DNA of 57,347 bases from Fidelibacterota bacterium (GTDB taxonomy: Bacteria > Fidelibacterota > Marinisomatia > Marinisomatales > S15-B10), in NCBI GenBank assembly GCA_045569115.1, contig JBJKZS010000104.1, forward strand, positions 1-57,347. Direction: 5' to 3'. Each line of letters opens with the position of its first letter. Positions within the stretch are counted from its first letter, which is position 1. Shown here piece after piece: positions 28,072-38,935 of this stretch. The notes beneath the pieces were generated by a model. The model did no database searches. It was not told where the DNA came from and saw nothing but the letters and a program-made list of their open reading frames with translations. The translations under genes and the position numbers were made by a program.

Positions 28072-29229
28072 TCAAGAAGCTTGAACAGAAAGATCTGTTT
28101 TACTCCTACGACCTTTCCAATAGACTGGGGTAAAAGGACCAAGTATTCCGAATACTGTAACGTAAAGCGCATGCCATAGTTCATTAAATAGAAAATAAGT
28201 TAAATCCAAAGATCCTTTAGTCTTTGATAGATATGCATTTATTAAAAAAAGATCACTCGCAATTTTTAATACCCAAGGGATAAGAAATATAGATTCCTTA
28301 TAAACCAAAAAAATTAATTGTGATAAAAGAACAACAAAATTTGTAAAGAATATGAAAACAAGGCCTATCCGGAATGTGGACTTCACAAAATCTAATTGAA
28401 AATATGCTTTTCCTTTCGAAGCAAATCTTATACGCTGCCAAAAAAAATCAGCCCATCCTTTTGGAGATGGGCTTTTAACTTCAGATCCTTTTTCAAGACA
28501 TGGAACAATTCTCCAATTACTTTGAGATATAGCATGCATAAGAAGGTCGTCATCACCAGATGTGAATTGTCCTATAGCATTATAACCACCAATTTCATCG
28601 AAGGCACTTTTACGTATCGCAAGATTTCTACCACTCGCAGTAAATGGTACCTTAGCAATTAAAGTTGACATCATTAAAGCATCTAAACCGACTGAGTCCA
28701 TTCGCATGGCTCTATCCCAAATACTTCCTGACATTCCTAAAGGACTGGAACCTAGTACCATCCCAACATCTTTATTATTAAACTGGCGAGCCATATATCT
28801 AGCCCAATCTTCTTCCATTTTGCAATCACCATCAGTCATAATTAAGACCTCACCCTTAGCTATCTTAATTCCCTGATTTAAAGCCCACTTTTTGGGGGAG
28901 AATCCCTTAGAAGGTTCCCCGGCCTTGATTATTTTGAAACGATTATCATTAGTCACTATTTCAGATAGAATATTATATGTATTATCAGTTGATCCATCAT
29001 CAATAATAATAAATTCTATTTTTTCTGATGGGTAATTCTGTTCTGAAAGACTGTCAAGAAGATTCTCAATATAAATCTCCTCATCCCTTACCGCAATAAT
29101 TACTGAGACATAAGGTAACGTAAGAATTCCTCTGGCATTAGAAAAAGTCTTATAAGATTTAAAACCATTACTCAGTATAAGGAAACAAATAAAGTAGAAT
29201 AGTGTTATAACAGAAAAGATTAATATCAA
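28072..29229 (-). CDS. Family 2 glycosyltransferase (membrane-associated)
   Basis: VSVIIAVRDEE..IIDDGSTD..MTDGDC.. GT-A/DXD features followed by C-terminal TM helices. Confidence 0.8.
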   Translation of the reverse strand: MILIFSVITLFYFICFLILSNGFKSYKTFSNARGILTLPYVSVIIAVRDEEIYIENLLDSLSEQNYPSEKIEFIIIDDGSTDNTYNILSEIVTNDNRFKIIKAGEPSKGFSPKKWALNQGIKIAKGEVLIMTDGDCKMEEDWARYMARQFNNKDVGMVLGSSPLGMSGSIWDRAMRMDSVGLDALMMSTLIAKVPFTASGRNLAIRKSAFDEIGGYNAIGQFTSGDDDLLMHAISQSNWRIVPCLEKGSEVKSPSPKGWADFFWQRIRFASKGKAYFQLDFVKSTFRIGLVFIFFTNFVVLLSQLIFLVYKESIFLIPWVLKIASDLFLINAYLSKTKGSLDLTYFLFNELWHALYVTVFGILGPFTPVYWKGRRSKTDLSVQAS

Positions 29230-29248
29230 CTGTCTGTTACCTTATAAA

Positions 29249-30868
29249 TCAAAAACCAATTAAGATACTTATATAGCCATCAATCTTGCTTGTATTAGCT
29301 CTCTGTATAGAATCAAATAATTCATGTTGACGCCAGTTAGTGGAAAAAATATCAACATTTATTCGACACCAATCATTCAACGATAATACGCTACTAATGC
29401 CAACAACAGATCTGTTCTCAGGATCACCATTATATGACCTATATAAAAACCCAACCTTTTTCTCTCTATATTGGCGATTGACACTTTGGAGATCAACTTC
29501 CCCTCTTCGAGCAAAACTAGCATATAATTGAATCCATAAATGATTTAAAGGACGTGCTTCTATTGATGAAAAAACCCCGTCTCCATTAGGACCAATCCAA
29601 TGTCCTAGAGGAACACTACGATGTGCAAAGGTATTTACAGGACTACGATGAACATATACATAGGGCGAGATACGGGTCATCTCAAAACGAAAAAGGGCCT
29701 TCCAAGGCAAAAAGCTAGGGTTATATGTTGCTCCCATTAGAAATGCAACCCAATTTCTACTTGATTTAGGGTTAAATGTTTCGATTAGGTTCCATTCATC
29801 AAGGTATAATGTACCATATAATCTTCCTGTTCGTCGCTTGATAACTTCCCAATCAACAACAATTTGCAAATTATCTGAATTGCTAAGGTCAGCCTGAGCA
29901 GTCCAATAAGGAACGAGGGGAAGAGTGTAATTAAGCTCAATACTTCGTGCACCATAAACTACTGACTCACCAATTCCAATTCTTATATTATCTCGAGGTG
30001 TAAAGTCAAGTCTATGTACAGCTATCATTTTTCTGATAAGAGGTAGACCTCCTCCTTTTGGATAATATCCAATAAAGGTGGAATCTCGAATATTTGAATT
30101 CAGCGAACCATGTAAAAAAGCAAAAGACCATTTTTCTGATAAGGAATGTCGAAGCCCAAAAAAAGTAAAGCTTGATACTTTGTTTGACAACCATAATTGG
30201 CCAGAATAACCTGATGACCAAATTGGTACAGTTTTTCCAAATGTAAAATCACCACCTGGATAGTTAATTGTAACACCACCATCACCAATCCTATACTCAA
30301 TCCAAGAATTGTCTGAACCTGGCAAATCAGTCCATCCAATAGCCTGATCCCAACTGAAATCTGAAGATAGAATAGGTCTTCCGCCTTTTATATCTACATT
30401 AAACTCATCAGATCCAATCATTGAATGTTTCTCAAGGCGGGTCCAACCAGTAATGTTAAATGATTTGTCTTGCGAAAGATTATATCTACTTGCCAAGGTA
30501 ATTGTTGGTGCTAAATCAATAAATAACCCTTTTTTTTGGATATTACCTCCATTTAGATAACCTTTTGTAGAAAATTCAGGATAAATATGGAATCGATTAT
30601 TTCGCAGAATTTTATTGCCATATTTTGAAGCCAATAGATCATTTTCACCCTTCGTTGCATTTTTCCATTCATGTTGATAACGAAGAGATAAATAATGATT
30701 CGTTTTACCTCTTAGAATAGTTTTTCTCTCAATATCAAAAATCTGATTTTTTGAGTCTCTAATAAGAACTTGAGCGTTTAACACCTCTACAAAAATAAAC
30801 AGGACAGCTAAGTGGGTCCAGAGTATACTTTTTAAAAAGTGGCTGATTTGAATTTCTACCTTCATCAT
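29249..30868 (-). CDS. Predicted outer-membrane beta-barrel protein, possibly Wzi-like capsule assembly protein
   Basis: 539 aa with a signal-like N-terminus, alternating aromatic/polar strand-like pattern and a C-terminal ..ISILIGF (terminal Phe). Located inside the polysaccharide locus. The family assignment is weak. Confidence 0.4.
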   Translation of the reverse strand: MMKVEIQISHFLKSILWTHLAVLFIFVEVLNAQVLIRDSKNQIFDIERKTILRGKTNHYLSLRYQHEWKNATKGENDLLASKYGNKILRNNRFHIYPEFSTKGYLNGGNIQKKGLFIDLAPTITLASRYNLSQDKSFNITGWTRLEKHSMIGSDEFNVDIKGGRPILSSDFSWDQAIGWTDLPGSDNSWIEYRIGDGGVTINYPGGDFTFGKTVPIWSSGYSGQLWLSNKVSSFTFFGLRHSLSEKWSFAFLHGSLNSNIRDSTFIGYYPKGGGLPLIRKMIAVHRLDFTPRDNIRIGIGESVVYGARSIELNYTLPLVPYWTAQADLSNSDNLQIVVDWEVIKRRTGRLYGTLYLDEWNLIETFNPKSSRNWVAFLMGATYNPSFLPWKALFRFEMTRISPYVYVHRSPVNTFAHRSVPLGHWIGPNGDGVFSSIEARPLNHLWIQLYASFARRGEVDLQSVNRQYREKKVGFLYRSYNGDPENRSVVGISSVLSLNDWCRINVDIFSTNWRQHELFDSIQRANTSKIDGYISILIGF

Positions 30869-30922
30869 TGAAAAACTATACAGACCCTTTCGGATTTCAA
30901 ATAGTCAATTATTTTCTGATAT

Positions 30923-32332
30923 TTAATTACCCTTGCCCGAAATCATGACAAGGACCGTTCGAATCATAATTAGAAAGTCAAGAGATAAACTAATATTCTC
31001 AATATAAAAAAAATCGAATTTTAGTTTTTCCCTAACATCCGAAATAGATGAATCGTAGGAATGTTTAATTTGAGCCCAACCTGTAATACCTGGTCGAATA
31101 CGATGACGTCGATAATAAAATGGAAATTCTTCAACTAATTTCTGAACAAAAAAAGGTCTTTCTGGTCTAGGCCCAACAACACTCATATCCCCTAAAAATA
31201 CATTCAAAAACTGAGGTATTTCATCTAAACGAAATCGCCTTAAAAGGCTTCCAACCTTTGTAATTCTAGGGTCTTCAGCTTTAGCCCAAACTGGTCCAGT
31301 CATTGTTTCTGCCTCATGGACCATTGACCTAAATTTATTAATCATAAATCGTTTCCCATCCTGTCCAACCCTATCTTGACGATAAAGAATAGGTCCTTTT
31401 GATTCTAGTTTGATAGCAATTGCAATTATCAGCCATAGTGGAAAAGCTGCAAGAATCACAAAGGTTGAGACAATAATATCCAAATATCTTTTTGCAAAGC
31501 GTTGCTGCATTGTTAGAATTTCAGGATTAATTTCAACTAGAGGCAGACCATAAAGTTCTTCTGTCTTTGCAAGTCCACTGATAACCTCGTACATATCAGG
31601 AATAATCCTAAGTGAAACAGGAGCGCCATTAGCTCGTGTTAATATCTCTAATAGTCGGTTGTGTTCTGGTCTCTCAAGTGCAATTACAACTTCATTAATA
31701 TGATGAAAATCAATAATTTTTCTTATGTTATTTAATTCTCCCAATATTGGAGATGGGGAATCATTCTCTACCTTACTATCTTCAATATTACCTGATTTTA
31801 TAAAACCAATAAGATTATGACCTGTTGATTCTAATAATAAATGACCAGCAATTTCCTTCGCTCTTTTATCAGTACCAATTATAATAGTATTTTTTTTCCC
31901 ATAACCCCTAACCATTAAAAGCTTTTGGATCAATCTAATTGACATTCTCCCTAGGACTAAACCTGCAACCATATAAAACCAAAAAGCAAGCATCAAAACA
32001 CTTTCCATATTCAAGACGAATGGGAAAATTTCATTCAGAACTATTGCAACAATAGTTGATGAAAGAGTTATCCTTAATATAGATTGAATTTCTCTAAAGC
32101 GAGATAAAGTTGGATCTACTCGATAACGACCATTAGCATAAAAAAGTCCAGCTAGTAAAAGCTGGATAACTATGAAAAAAAATATATTTTCACTATAAGA
32201 AAAACTCTTTTCATCTAGAATCAAAGAGATGGTTTTATTAAATGCAAAAAGACCCGCTAAAGAATCGGATCCAAAAAGGAAAGCTACAACAACCCAATAT
32301 TTTAAGTTTCTTTTGATATTAAGTGATATCAT
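30923..32332 (-). CDS. Polyprenyl-phosphate sugar-phosphate transferase (WbaP-like priming transferase)
   Basis: 469 aa with four or five N-terminal TM helices and a central Rossmann-like region. The C-terminal bacterial sugar transferase domain has ..DEIPQFLNVFLGDMSVVGPRPE..RPGITGWAQI.. Confidence 0.88.
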   Translation of the reverse strand: MISLNIKRNLKYWVVVAFLFGSDSLAGLFAFNKTISLILDEKSFSYSENIFFFIVIQLLLAGLFYANGRYRVDPTLSRFREIQSILRITLSSTIVAIVLNEIFPFVLNMESVLMLAFWFYMVAGLVLGRMSIRLIQKLLMVRGYGKKNTIIIGTDKRAKEIAGHLLLESTGHNLIGFIKSGNIEDSKVENDSPSPILGELNNIRKIIDFHHINEVVIALERPEHNRLLEILTRANGAPVSLRIIPDMYEVISGLAKTEELYGLPLVEINPEILTMQQRFAKRYLDIIVSTFVILAAFPLWLIIAIAIKLESKGPILYRQDRVGQDGKRFMINKFRSMVHEAETMTGPVWAKAEDPRITKVGSLLRRFRLDEIPQFLNVFLGDMSVVGPRPERPFFVQKLVEEFPFYYRRHRIRPGITGWAQIKHSYDSSISDVREKLKFDFFYIENISLSLDFLIMIRTVLVMISGKGN

Positions 32333-32538
32333 TTACCCTTTGCCTTAATCAAAATATATTCAATGGGGATAAAAGACCGATTGTCGTAGGTCACATTCGG
32401 TAATAGAAAAAGAACTTTTTTTCTTAGCATAAGGTTTTGCTATTCAGCAAGAAACTATTTATTTAACTTATTAAAACCTTTAGCTATTTAATTCGATGAG
32501 AGTCTCCTTCAAACTTTATCAATTTAGCTGGTAAGGTA

Positions 32539-33573
32539 CTATCCATCAAGAACTTTTGAGTTATCTAAATTAATTTTTTCAAAACTTAAAAGTTCGAAGT
32601 CAACATCTAATCTATGAGGATAAACCGTTGAAGAGCAATCTATATAATATTCATTATTATCAATTTTCTGGACTTTTAAATTGAATTTATCTTGTGACCA
32701 AGTAAATTGTCCATAAGGGGTGACCAATCTTCTCTCCATAAAGTTTAAAGTATAGTCAACCATTTCTCCAAATAGCTCAAGGTCCTCTTCATTCCAGAAA
32801 GCAGGATGTATCTGAAGAACAATAATGTCATTATTATTAATTTTCTTTATCTGTTCGATAAAATCATTCAAATTTCGTAAAACTCCTGTCTTTAATTCAG
32901 CAATCCAATTAACAGGAATTAAATAAGGTTTTTCTATAGAATCATTTGAATGGAACCAAACCTCTAATTCAGGATGAGACTTTACCGCAAGAACTGTATA
33001 CTCATCAGTTCGATTTCCAGGAGATCCAAATGTTTTTAGATCCAAACCTAGTTTTTTTTTTGCCCACATAACCGAAGTCTTTAAGTGAAGCTTTTGTTCC
33101 TTTAAAGACTTGCCTTCAAATTCAGCAATTTGTGGATTTACTTCGTGATCCCATCCATGAAGCCAAATTTCATTTTTCCATTTATTTAATTCTTTCAAAA
33201 AAATGATGTCCTTATCTGACGCATAAGCCAATGAATTACAGATAAGACCAAGACTAATATTGTAAGATTTATTTTCCGACCAATAGATGAATCTGCGCCA
33301 ATTTTTTGTTACCCTTGCTCTAAGATCATCAGCTTTAATTATGACTGGCTTCCGGTACATTTTGGATAAAGGAGAAGACATTAATTCTTTAGAACTTTGA
33401 AATATTGTTCCAGTTGGAAAAGAATCAACTGAAGAATCAAAAATAGCTTTATATATTTTACCTGGTTCAAGAATAAAGTCCTCAGAAATCTCAAATTCTT
33501 CGTAAGGATTGCTACAACTCAGAATAATTAGGAGAAAAATCCCAATCATAAATATATTTCTTTTTTTGGTCAT
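32539..33573 (-). CDS. Lipoprotein, polysaccharide-deacetylase-like (NodB/DUF2334-like), uncertain
   Basis: Lipobox-like LILSC at the N-terminus. Has KADDL and HGWDHE motifs reminiscent of carbohydrate-esterase metal sites. ATGA overlap with the upstream aminotransferase. Confidence 0.35.
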   Translation of the reverse strand: MTKKRNIFMIGIFLLIILSCSNPYEEFEISEDFILEPGKIYKAIFDSSVDSFPTGTIFQSSKELMSSPLSKMYRKPVIIKADDLRARVTKNWRRFIYWSENKSYNISLGLICNSLAYASDKDIIFLKELNKWKNEIWLHGWDHEVNPQIAEFEGKSLKEQKLHLKTSVMWAKKKLGLDLKTFGSPGNRTDEYTVLAVKSHPELEVWFHSNDSIEKPYLIPVNWIAELKTGVLRNLNDFIEQIKKINNNDIIVLQIHPAFWNEEDLELFGEMVDYTLNFMERRLVTPYGQFTWSQDKFNLKVQKIDNNEYYIDCSSTVYPHRLDVDFELLSFEKINLDNSKVLDG

Positions 33574-34682
33574 CTGTTTTGAAGAAAATCTTTTATTGCT
33601 GAACTAATCCTATCAATTTGGATTGACTCAAGTTCTGGATACATGGGCAAGGAAAGAACTTTTTTCTGATATTTGGAAACAATAGGTAACTGTTTTTCAG
33701 TATAATTTAGTTGACGAAATGGTGGTAGATAAGGCAAAGCAAGAGGATAGTGAACACCGGTATTAATTCCTTCTTCTGACAAATAATGTCTCAAAGAATC
33801 TCGCAGATTAGTCCTTAGGGCGTAAACATGAAAAACATGCTTAGTCCTAGGATGAATCTGTGGTAAAATAATACCTTCAACTTCATTAAGAGCATTATTA
33901 TATATTTGTGAATTTTTGTAACGACTACGATTCCATTCATCAATATATTTTAATTTTACTGAAAGTACAGCTGCCTGTATTCCATCTAATCGACTATTTA
34001 CTCCTCCTATTTTATGGTCATGCTTTCCAAGTGCTCCATGATTTGCGATCCTACGAATTTTTTCCGCAAGATATTCATCATTCGTGATTATTGCTCCACC
34101 ATCTCCGTAAGCACCAAGATTCTTGCCTGGATAGAAACTAAAAGTTCCAATATCTCCGAACGATCCAACCTTTTTTTCATCATATTCAGCGAAATGCGCC
34201 TGAGCAGAATCTTCAATAATTTTAAGATCATATTCTTTAGATAAAGATAGTATGGGAGCCATATCAGCTGGTTGACCGTATAAATGAACTGGAATAATAG
34301 CCTTGGTTCGATTTGTTATCTTTTCAGCAATTTTTTCAGTGTTTATATTGTAGTAGTCAGGGTGTATATCAACAAAAACAGGATTAGCACCTGTTTGTTG
34401 AATTGTCTCTGCTGTTGAGATCCAACTAAAAGCTGTTGTAATAACTTCATCTCCAGGACCTATTCCCAAAGCTCGGAGTGCAATATAGATAGCATCAGTA
34501 CCATTAGCGACCCCAATGCAATATTTCACCCCATTTTTTTCAGCAAATGAGTCTTCAAATGTTTTGACAAACCGTCCTTTTACAAATGCAGAATCATTAA
34601 TAACAGACTGAATAGCTGTATTTATTTCGTCTTTTATTTTGGAATATTGAGCCTTTAAGTCAACAAGGGGAATGAAGTTCAT
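33570..34682 (-). CDS. DegT/DnrJ/EryC1/StrS-family sugar aminotransferase
   Basis: 370 aa with ..[41 protein letters not shown].. (PLP-lysine region). Confidence 0.9.
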   Translation of the reverse strand: MNFIPLVDLKAQYSKIKDEINTAIQSVINDSAFVKGRFVKTFEDSFAEKNGVKYCIGVANGTDAIYIALRALGIGPGDEVITTAFSWISTAETIQQTGANPVFVDIHPDYYNINTEKIAEKITNRTKAIIPVHLYGQPADMAPILSLSKEYDLKIIEDSAQAHFAEYDEKKVGSFGDIGTFSFYPGKNLGAYGDGGAIITNDEYLAEKIRRIANHGALGKHDHKIGGVNSRLDGIQAAVLSVKLKYIDEWNRSRYKNSQIYNNALNEVEGIILPQIHPRTKHVFHVYALRTNLRDSLRHYLSEEGINTGVHYPLALPYLPPFRQLNYTEKQLPIVSKYQKKVLSLPMYPELESIQIDRISSAIKDFLQNR

Positions 34683-35293
34683 ATTTGGAGCTCTGAAACA
34701 TTCTTTAATTCAACTGCAGGATTTCCTGCAACAATTTTCCCAGCCCCAACATTTTTTGTTACAACTGAACCAGCGCCCACTAATGAATTAGATCCGATTT
34801 GGATACCAGGCAATATTGTAGAATTTGCACCAATAATTGCATTCTCACATATAGTCGGACCTTTAAGGGTATCCTTAACATTTTGGGAAAGAGGATATTT
34901 TGCATTGGTTAATACAGCATTAGGACCTATCCAAGAACCTTTTTTCAAAATCGAGTACTCTGGAATAAAAGCTTGGGAATGAATGCGAACATTGTCTTCA
35001 ACTATAACGTCATGTTCAATTACTGCATGACTTCCAATACTAACAGAATTTCCTATAACATTATTTTCTCTTATAAGTACGCCATGTCCAGTCTTACAAT
35101 CTGAACCTATAACATTCCCCATATAAATAACAGTGTGGGAACGGATTACTGAATTATCTCCTATAATTGTATCAATTATTTCATCATCTAATTCATTAGG
35201 AGCTTTTCCCAAAATCACAAACTCTTCCAATATTACATCTTTTCCTAACTTTACTCCTTCAAAACAAAAAGAATTGTTCAAATCTGTTCCCAA
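34679..35293 (-). CDS. Left-handed beta-helix (hexapeptide-repeat) sugar N-acetyltransferase
   Basis: 204 aa with repeated [LIV]-G-x-x-x-x hexapeptide periodicity. 4-nt overlap with the aminotransferase. Confidence 0.8.
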   Translation of the reverse strand: MGTDLNNSFCFEGVKLGKDVILEEFVILGKAPNELDDEIIDTIIGDNSVIRSHTVIYMGNVIGSDCKTGHGVLIRENNVIGNSVSIGSHAVIEHDVIVEDNVRIHSQAFIPEYSILKKGSWIGPNAVLTNAKYPLSQNVKDTLKGPTICENAIIGANSTILPGIQIGSNSLVGAGSVVTKNVGAGKIVAGNPAVELKNVSELQI

Positions 35294-35303
35294 TGTTAAG
35301 GTT

Positions 35304-36302
35304 TCATTTTGAAAAAAGTCTTTGACACCAAGAAGCGATTAACCCAAGTCCAAAACCAAAATGAAGAGTCATAAAGGCAAAAGGTAGGACAGGAAAGTAT
35401 TTAATTCCATTATTTATAGATATTTTCAGACTTGTTAATATCACAAGACTTCCATAAAGAAATAATATGCTTTTAAATAACGAAAGAAATATCGGGAAAA
35501 AAAGACCAAGGATTCCAGTAATTCCAAGACTAACAATAAAAATAGGTGGAATTTGATATCGTAATCTGAAAGCACTAACCTCTTTCAAGATTACCTTTGT
35601 TTTCCAATATCCATAATCAAAATACTGTTTAAAAAGTTTTAGTATTGAGCTTCGCACAACATAATAGCCGTGAACTTCTGGAGCCAAGAGTATCCTTCCT
35701 CCAGTGCTTACTATCCTATGGTTTAATTCAAAATCTTGGTTCCGGACTAAGTCTTCATCAAAAAAACCTACTTTTTCAAAAATAGCTCGTCTGTAGGCAC
35801 CAAATTGTACAGTGTCAACTAAGCGTTGCACCTTTGAATAACGGTAAAAAGCATTGCCAACACCAATAGGTGAGCTCATTGCTAATGCAATAGAATCTCC
35901 TTGATAACTATCACCTATAGGCGCTATAGAACCTCCTACACAATCAACAACCATGGTATTTAAATAAAATAAATTCTTAGATATAAAATCTTCAGAAACA
36001 TAACTATGTGCACCAAGGATGATAATTACCTCACCAGTAGATGCTTTAACACCCATATTTAAAGATATGGGTGTAATTCGATTTGGATTCTCAATTATTC
36101 TTAATCGAGAAAAGTTTGACATAAAACCTTCTACTATTTCTTGCGACCGATCTTTAGAAAGCCCATCAACAACAATTACTTCAATAGGAGGTCCTTCCCA
36201 ATCTTGATTAACTAGTGACATTAGACATTTACCAATGTATTTTTCTTCATTAAGCATTGGAATAATGATAGAGACTTGGGTTTCGTTTAATTTATTTATC
36301 AT
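35304..36302 (-). CDS. Family 2 glycosyltransferase
   Basis: [19 protein letters not shown].. GT-A signature followed by C-terminal TM helices. Confidence 0.82.
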   Translation of the reverse strand: MINKLNETQVSIIIPMLNEEKYIGKCLMSLVNQDWEGPPIEVIVVDGLSKDRSQEIVEGFMSNFSRLRIIENPNRITPISLNMGVKASTGEVIIILGAHSYVSEDFISKNLFYLNTMVVDCVGGSIAPIGDSYQGDSIALAMSSPIGVGNAFYRYSKVQRLVDTVQFGAYRRAIFEKVGFFDEDLVRNQDFELNHRIVSTGGRILLAPEVHGYYVVRSSILKLFKQYFDYGYWKTKVILKEVSAFRLRYQIPPIFIVSLGITGILGLFFPIFLSLFKSILFLYGSLVILTSLKISINNGIKYFPVLPFAFMTLHFGFGLGLIASWCQRLFSK

Positions 36303-36366
36303 TAATCAAACCTATCGGAAAGTTAATATAATTTACCTTTAGAAATTGGATCGAAAAGTTGATGAT

Positions 36367-37506
36367 TTAATTGTTCTCTGGAAAAAAATTTTCATAAAAC
36401 TCAAAGAGTTTAACCTCTTCAAAATCCCAATTAAATGAATTAACCTTTTTTCTACAATCTCTAGTTAATTTTTCATGAAGGTTAAAGTCAGTTAAGAGTC
36501 TATGAATTGCATTTTTTAATTGCATTATATTTCCAGGGTCAAAACCAATACCCCCTGAATCTATTCCAAAAAGTTCTTCAGTAAGTTTTAGCCTACTGTA
36601 TACATAAGGAATTCCCCAGTTCATATAATCTAATATTTTTGTAGGAATGGACTCCTCATAATTTTTTTCTCGCCTTATTGGAACAACAGCAAGCTTACAA
36701 CTTGAAACGAATAATTGTATTTTCTCAAAATCAGTAAATCTTACCATTTCAACAACATTAGGATTCGGTAATTCCTCTTTCAGTTCTTGTAATATCTTAA
36801 GCTCAGAATTTGGGCAATGACCAATAATGGATGCCCCAATGTCTTGATCTCTATATTGTAGCAAAGAAATTGCTTTCAATAAATCCCCTACTCCCCGAGC
36901 TGTTGTTACTGATCCTATATATAATATCCTCTTACTTTTATGATCAATTACAATGGGTTGTGGTTGAATTCTAACATAATTTCGTATTGGTATAATGTTC
37001 TTATTTCTATTAAATAAAGCCAAATAGGAATCCTCCGCAACAATAACACCATTGAAAAACCATTGACCTAATAACTCTATAAGATGAGTACAGTACCCTA
37101 TCGTACCTTTAAATAAATGGGGTATCCATCTGCGAATCTTTACAGTAGCATTTATATCTTCATGAACATCATAAATAACTTTTTTCCTAAATAATCTTAA
37201 GATCAACCCAACCCAAATTAGCTCTGGATCATGGAAATGAATTAAATGAAACTGAGGAGAAATTCCTTTTTCTAAAATTCTGAATGCGTTTTTAATGCGT
37301 TGCAAAATAGAATTGGGGATTGGCATTAGAATTATAGAAATGTTCTTTGAAATAACCTTGAGATCATCAGGTTCTCCAACTCCCATTACTGTCACATCGT
37401 AATTTGAAGAGAGTGATCTAGCTTCCTTATGATAAATCCTCACATCATTCCATCGATGTATTGTAGAAGCTAGCAATATTCTGGTCTGACTTAATTCACT
37501 TTTCAT
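36367..37506 (-). CDS. Family 4 (GT-B, group 1) glycosyltransferase
   Basis: 379 aa with a two-Rossmann layout. The C-terminal ..EESIPTKILDYM.. region resembles the GT4 nucleotide-sugar site. Confidence 0.65.
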   Translation of the reverse strand: MKSELSQTRILLASTIHRWNDVRIYHKEARSLSSNYDVTVMGVGEPDDLKVISKNISIILMPIPNSILQRIKNAFRILEKGISPQFHLIHFHDPELIWVGLILRLFRKKVIYDVHEDINATVKIRRWIPHLFKGTIGYCTHLIELLGQWFFNGVIVAEDSYLALFNRNKNIIPIRNYVRIQPQPIVIDHKSKRILYIGSVTTARGVGDLLKAISLLQYRDQDIGASIIGHCPNSELKILQELKEELPNPNVVEMVRFTDFEKIQLFVSSCKLAVVPIRREKNYEESIPTKILDYMNWGIPYVYSRLKLTEELFGIDSGGIGFDPGNIMQLKNAIHRLLTDFNLHEKLTRDCRKKVNSFNWDFEEVKLFEFYENFFPENN

Positions 37507-37522
37507 AAAATCACTATTTGAT

Positions 37523-38935
37523 TTAATTGTTGAATAGAACTCTGCGAAACCTGACTAACCATTCCTCTTTAGAGACTAATAAATGAGAAGTTATTAATAT
37601 GACAAAAACACTCATTGAAACGAACATCCTCAAATTACCCTCAAAGGGAATTAAAGTAATAATTCCATAAATAGTAAGATTATAGATTATAATCGAAGCA
37701 ATATATTCTATAGAAAAAATATTTAGGCTAAATATTTTTGATGCTACTAAATAACTAGCAATGGCAGAAAAAAGATACCCTACAAAAAATGCCCAAGCCG
37801 TAGCTAAAATTGGTTCAATATCAATTGCAATCATTAATAGAAAAGTTCCTATCATACCGCCAACACCTATAGCATAGATGAAAGAGTTATAACCTTTATG
37901 AGCTATTGCATCAATGGGACTCCTAAGAATAGCGCATAATAAAAACCAAGGTGTCGAAAAAAGTAAAATTTCAGATGTTTTGCTCGCAAGGCTTGTAGAG
38001 GTTCCCAACCAAAGAGCAAGTATGTTGTTACTGAATTGGCTTAGTGCAATCGATGTGATTGACCCATAAAAGAGTGTCAGCTGGATCAGAAGTACAAGAT
38101 TCTTTCTTAGGCTTTCATCAATTCCTTTACTAAGAACTCTTGAAACTCTGGGTAATAAAATAATTCCTAAGGGCCCCACAACTATAAGAAAAATTCGAAC
38201 AAGACTTATGCCGGCATTAAGGAAAGCTTGATCAACAAGAGTCAAGTAAGAGAGTCCAAGAAGAGGAGGTCCCCCTAACATAAAAAACTGGAATATAAAA
38301 CTAGGAACACGGGCAAGTCCGAAAGTTATCAGTGACTTTATCTCATAGTGGGTAATTCGCTTTAAATGAAGTCCCCTATTCCTTCTAATAAAAGCAAAAA
38401 TTGATATGGACAACATACTTGAACCAACTATTAAAAGAAATTCTTCAAGTGAGGACGCTATATATGATGCTACAATTGATACTATTGTCCCAGCTACCAA
38501 TTGCAAAAAATTGGCAGCCAGCATATTAAAATGTCCTCTATAAAGGCTATAGGTAAGTGTTAATAAAGAAAAACCTAACACGAATAAAATATGGGCAAAG
38601 GATAAACCATAGGAAAAAAAATAAAAGTTCCCTAAACCCTGTATAAGAAAAATTATTGGTATTGTAACAAATAAAAAGATAATTATAGATGCATCTCCAA
38701 TTGCACTATTTGGATTCTTCGCTATAAGGATAGGAATTGTTACATTCATTCCAACAAGTAATACCCCAAGAAAAGCTGTTACTAATCGTCTTAGAAGAAG
38801 ATATTCTCCAAGAACATCAAGTCCAAGTGAACGAGCGAGATAACCGCTTACAAGGAATATCCCAATAACTGTTCCAATTCCATTAAGTCCAGTTATAATA
38901 AAATCATTTTTTATACTTAATTTTTTTTCAAGCAT
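37523..38935 (-). CDS. wzx: MOP-superfamily polysaccharide flippase (Wzx-like)
   Basis: 470 aa with about 12-14 TM helices. Sits between the glycosyltransferases and the polymerase. Confidence 0.7.
   Translation of the reverse strand: MLEKKLSIKNDFIITGLNGIGTVIGIFLVSGYLARSLGLDVLGEYLLLRRLVTAFLGVLLVGMNVTIPILIAKNPNSAIGDASIIIFLFVTIPIIFLIQGLGNFYFFSYGLSFAHILFVLGFSLLTLTYSLYRGHFNMLAANFLQLVAGTIVSIVASYIASSLEEFLLIVGSSMLSISIFAFIRRNRGLHLKRITHYEIKSLITFGLARVPSFIFQFFMLGGPPLLGLSYLTLVDQAFLNAGISLVRIFLIVVGPLGIILLPRVSRVLSKGIDESLRKNLVLLIQLTLFYGSITSIALSQFSNNILALWLGTSTSLASKTSEILLFSTPWFLLCAILRSPIDAIAHKGYNSFIYAIGVGGMIGTFLLMIAIDIEPILATAWAFFVGYLFSAIASYLVASKIFSLNIFSIEYIASIIIYNLTIYGIITLIPFEGNLRMFVSMSVFVILITSHLLVSKEEWLVRFRRVLFNN

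Noticed and set aside
27919-28184. Two small ORFs (27919..28179 + and 27999..28184 -) spanning the serS/GT2 spacer.
   Set aside because: Both overlap the 3' end of the GT2 gene and/or the 5' end of serS, and neither has recognisable features. The 75-nt spacer is better explained as an ordinary intergenic or promoter region.
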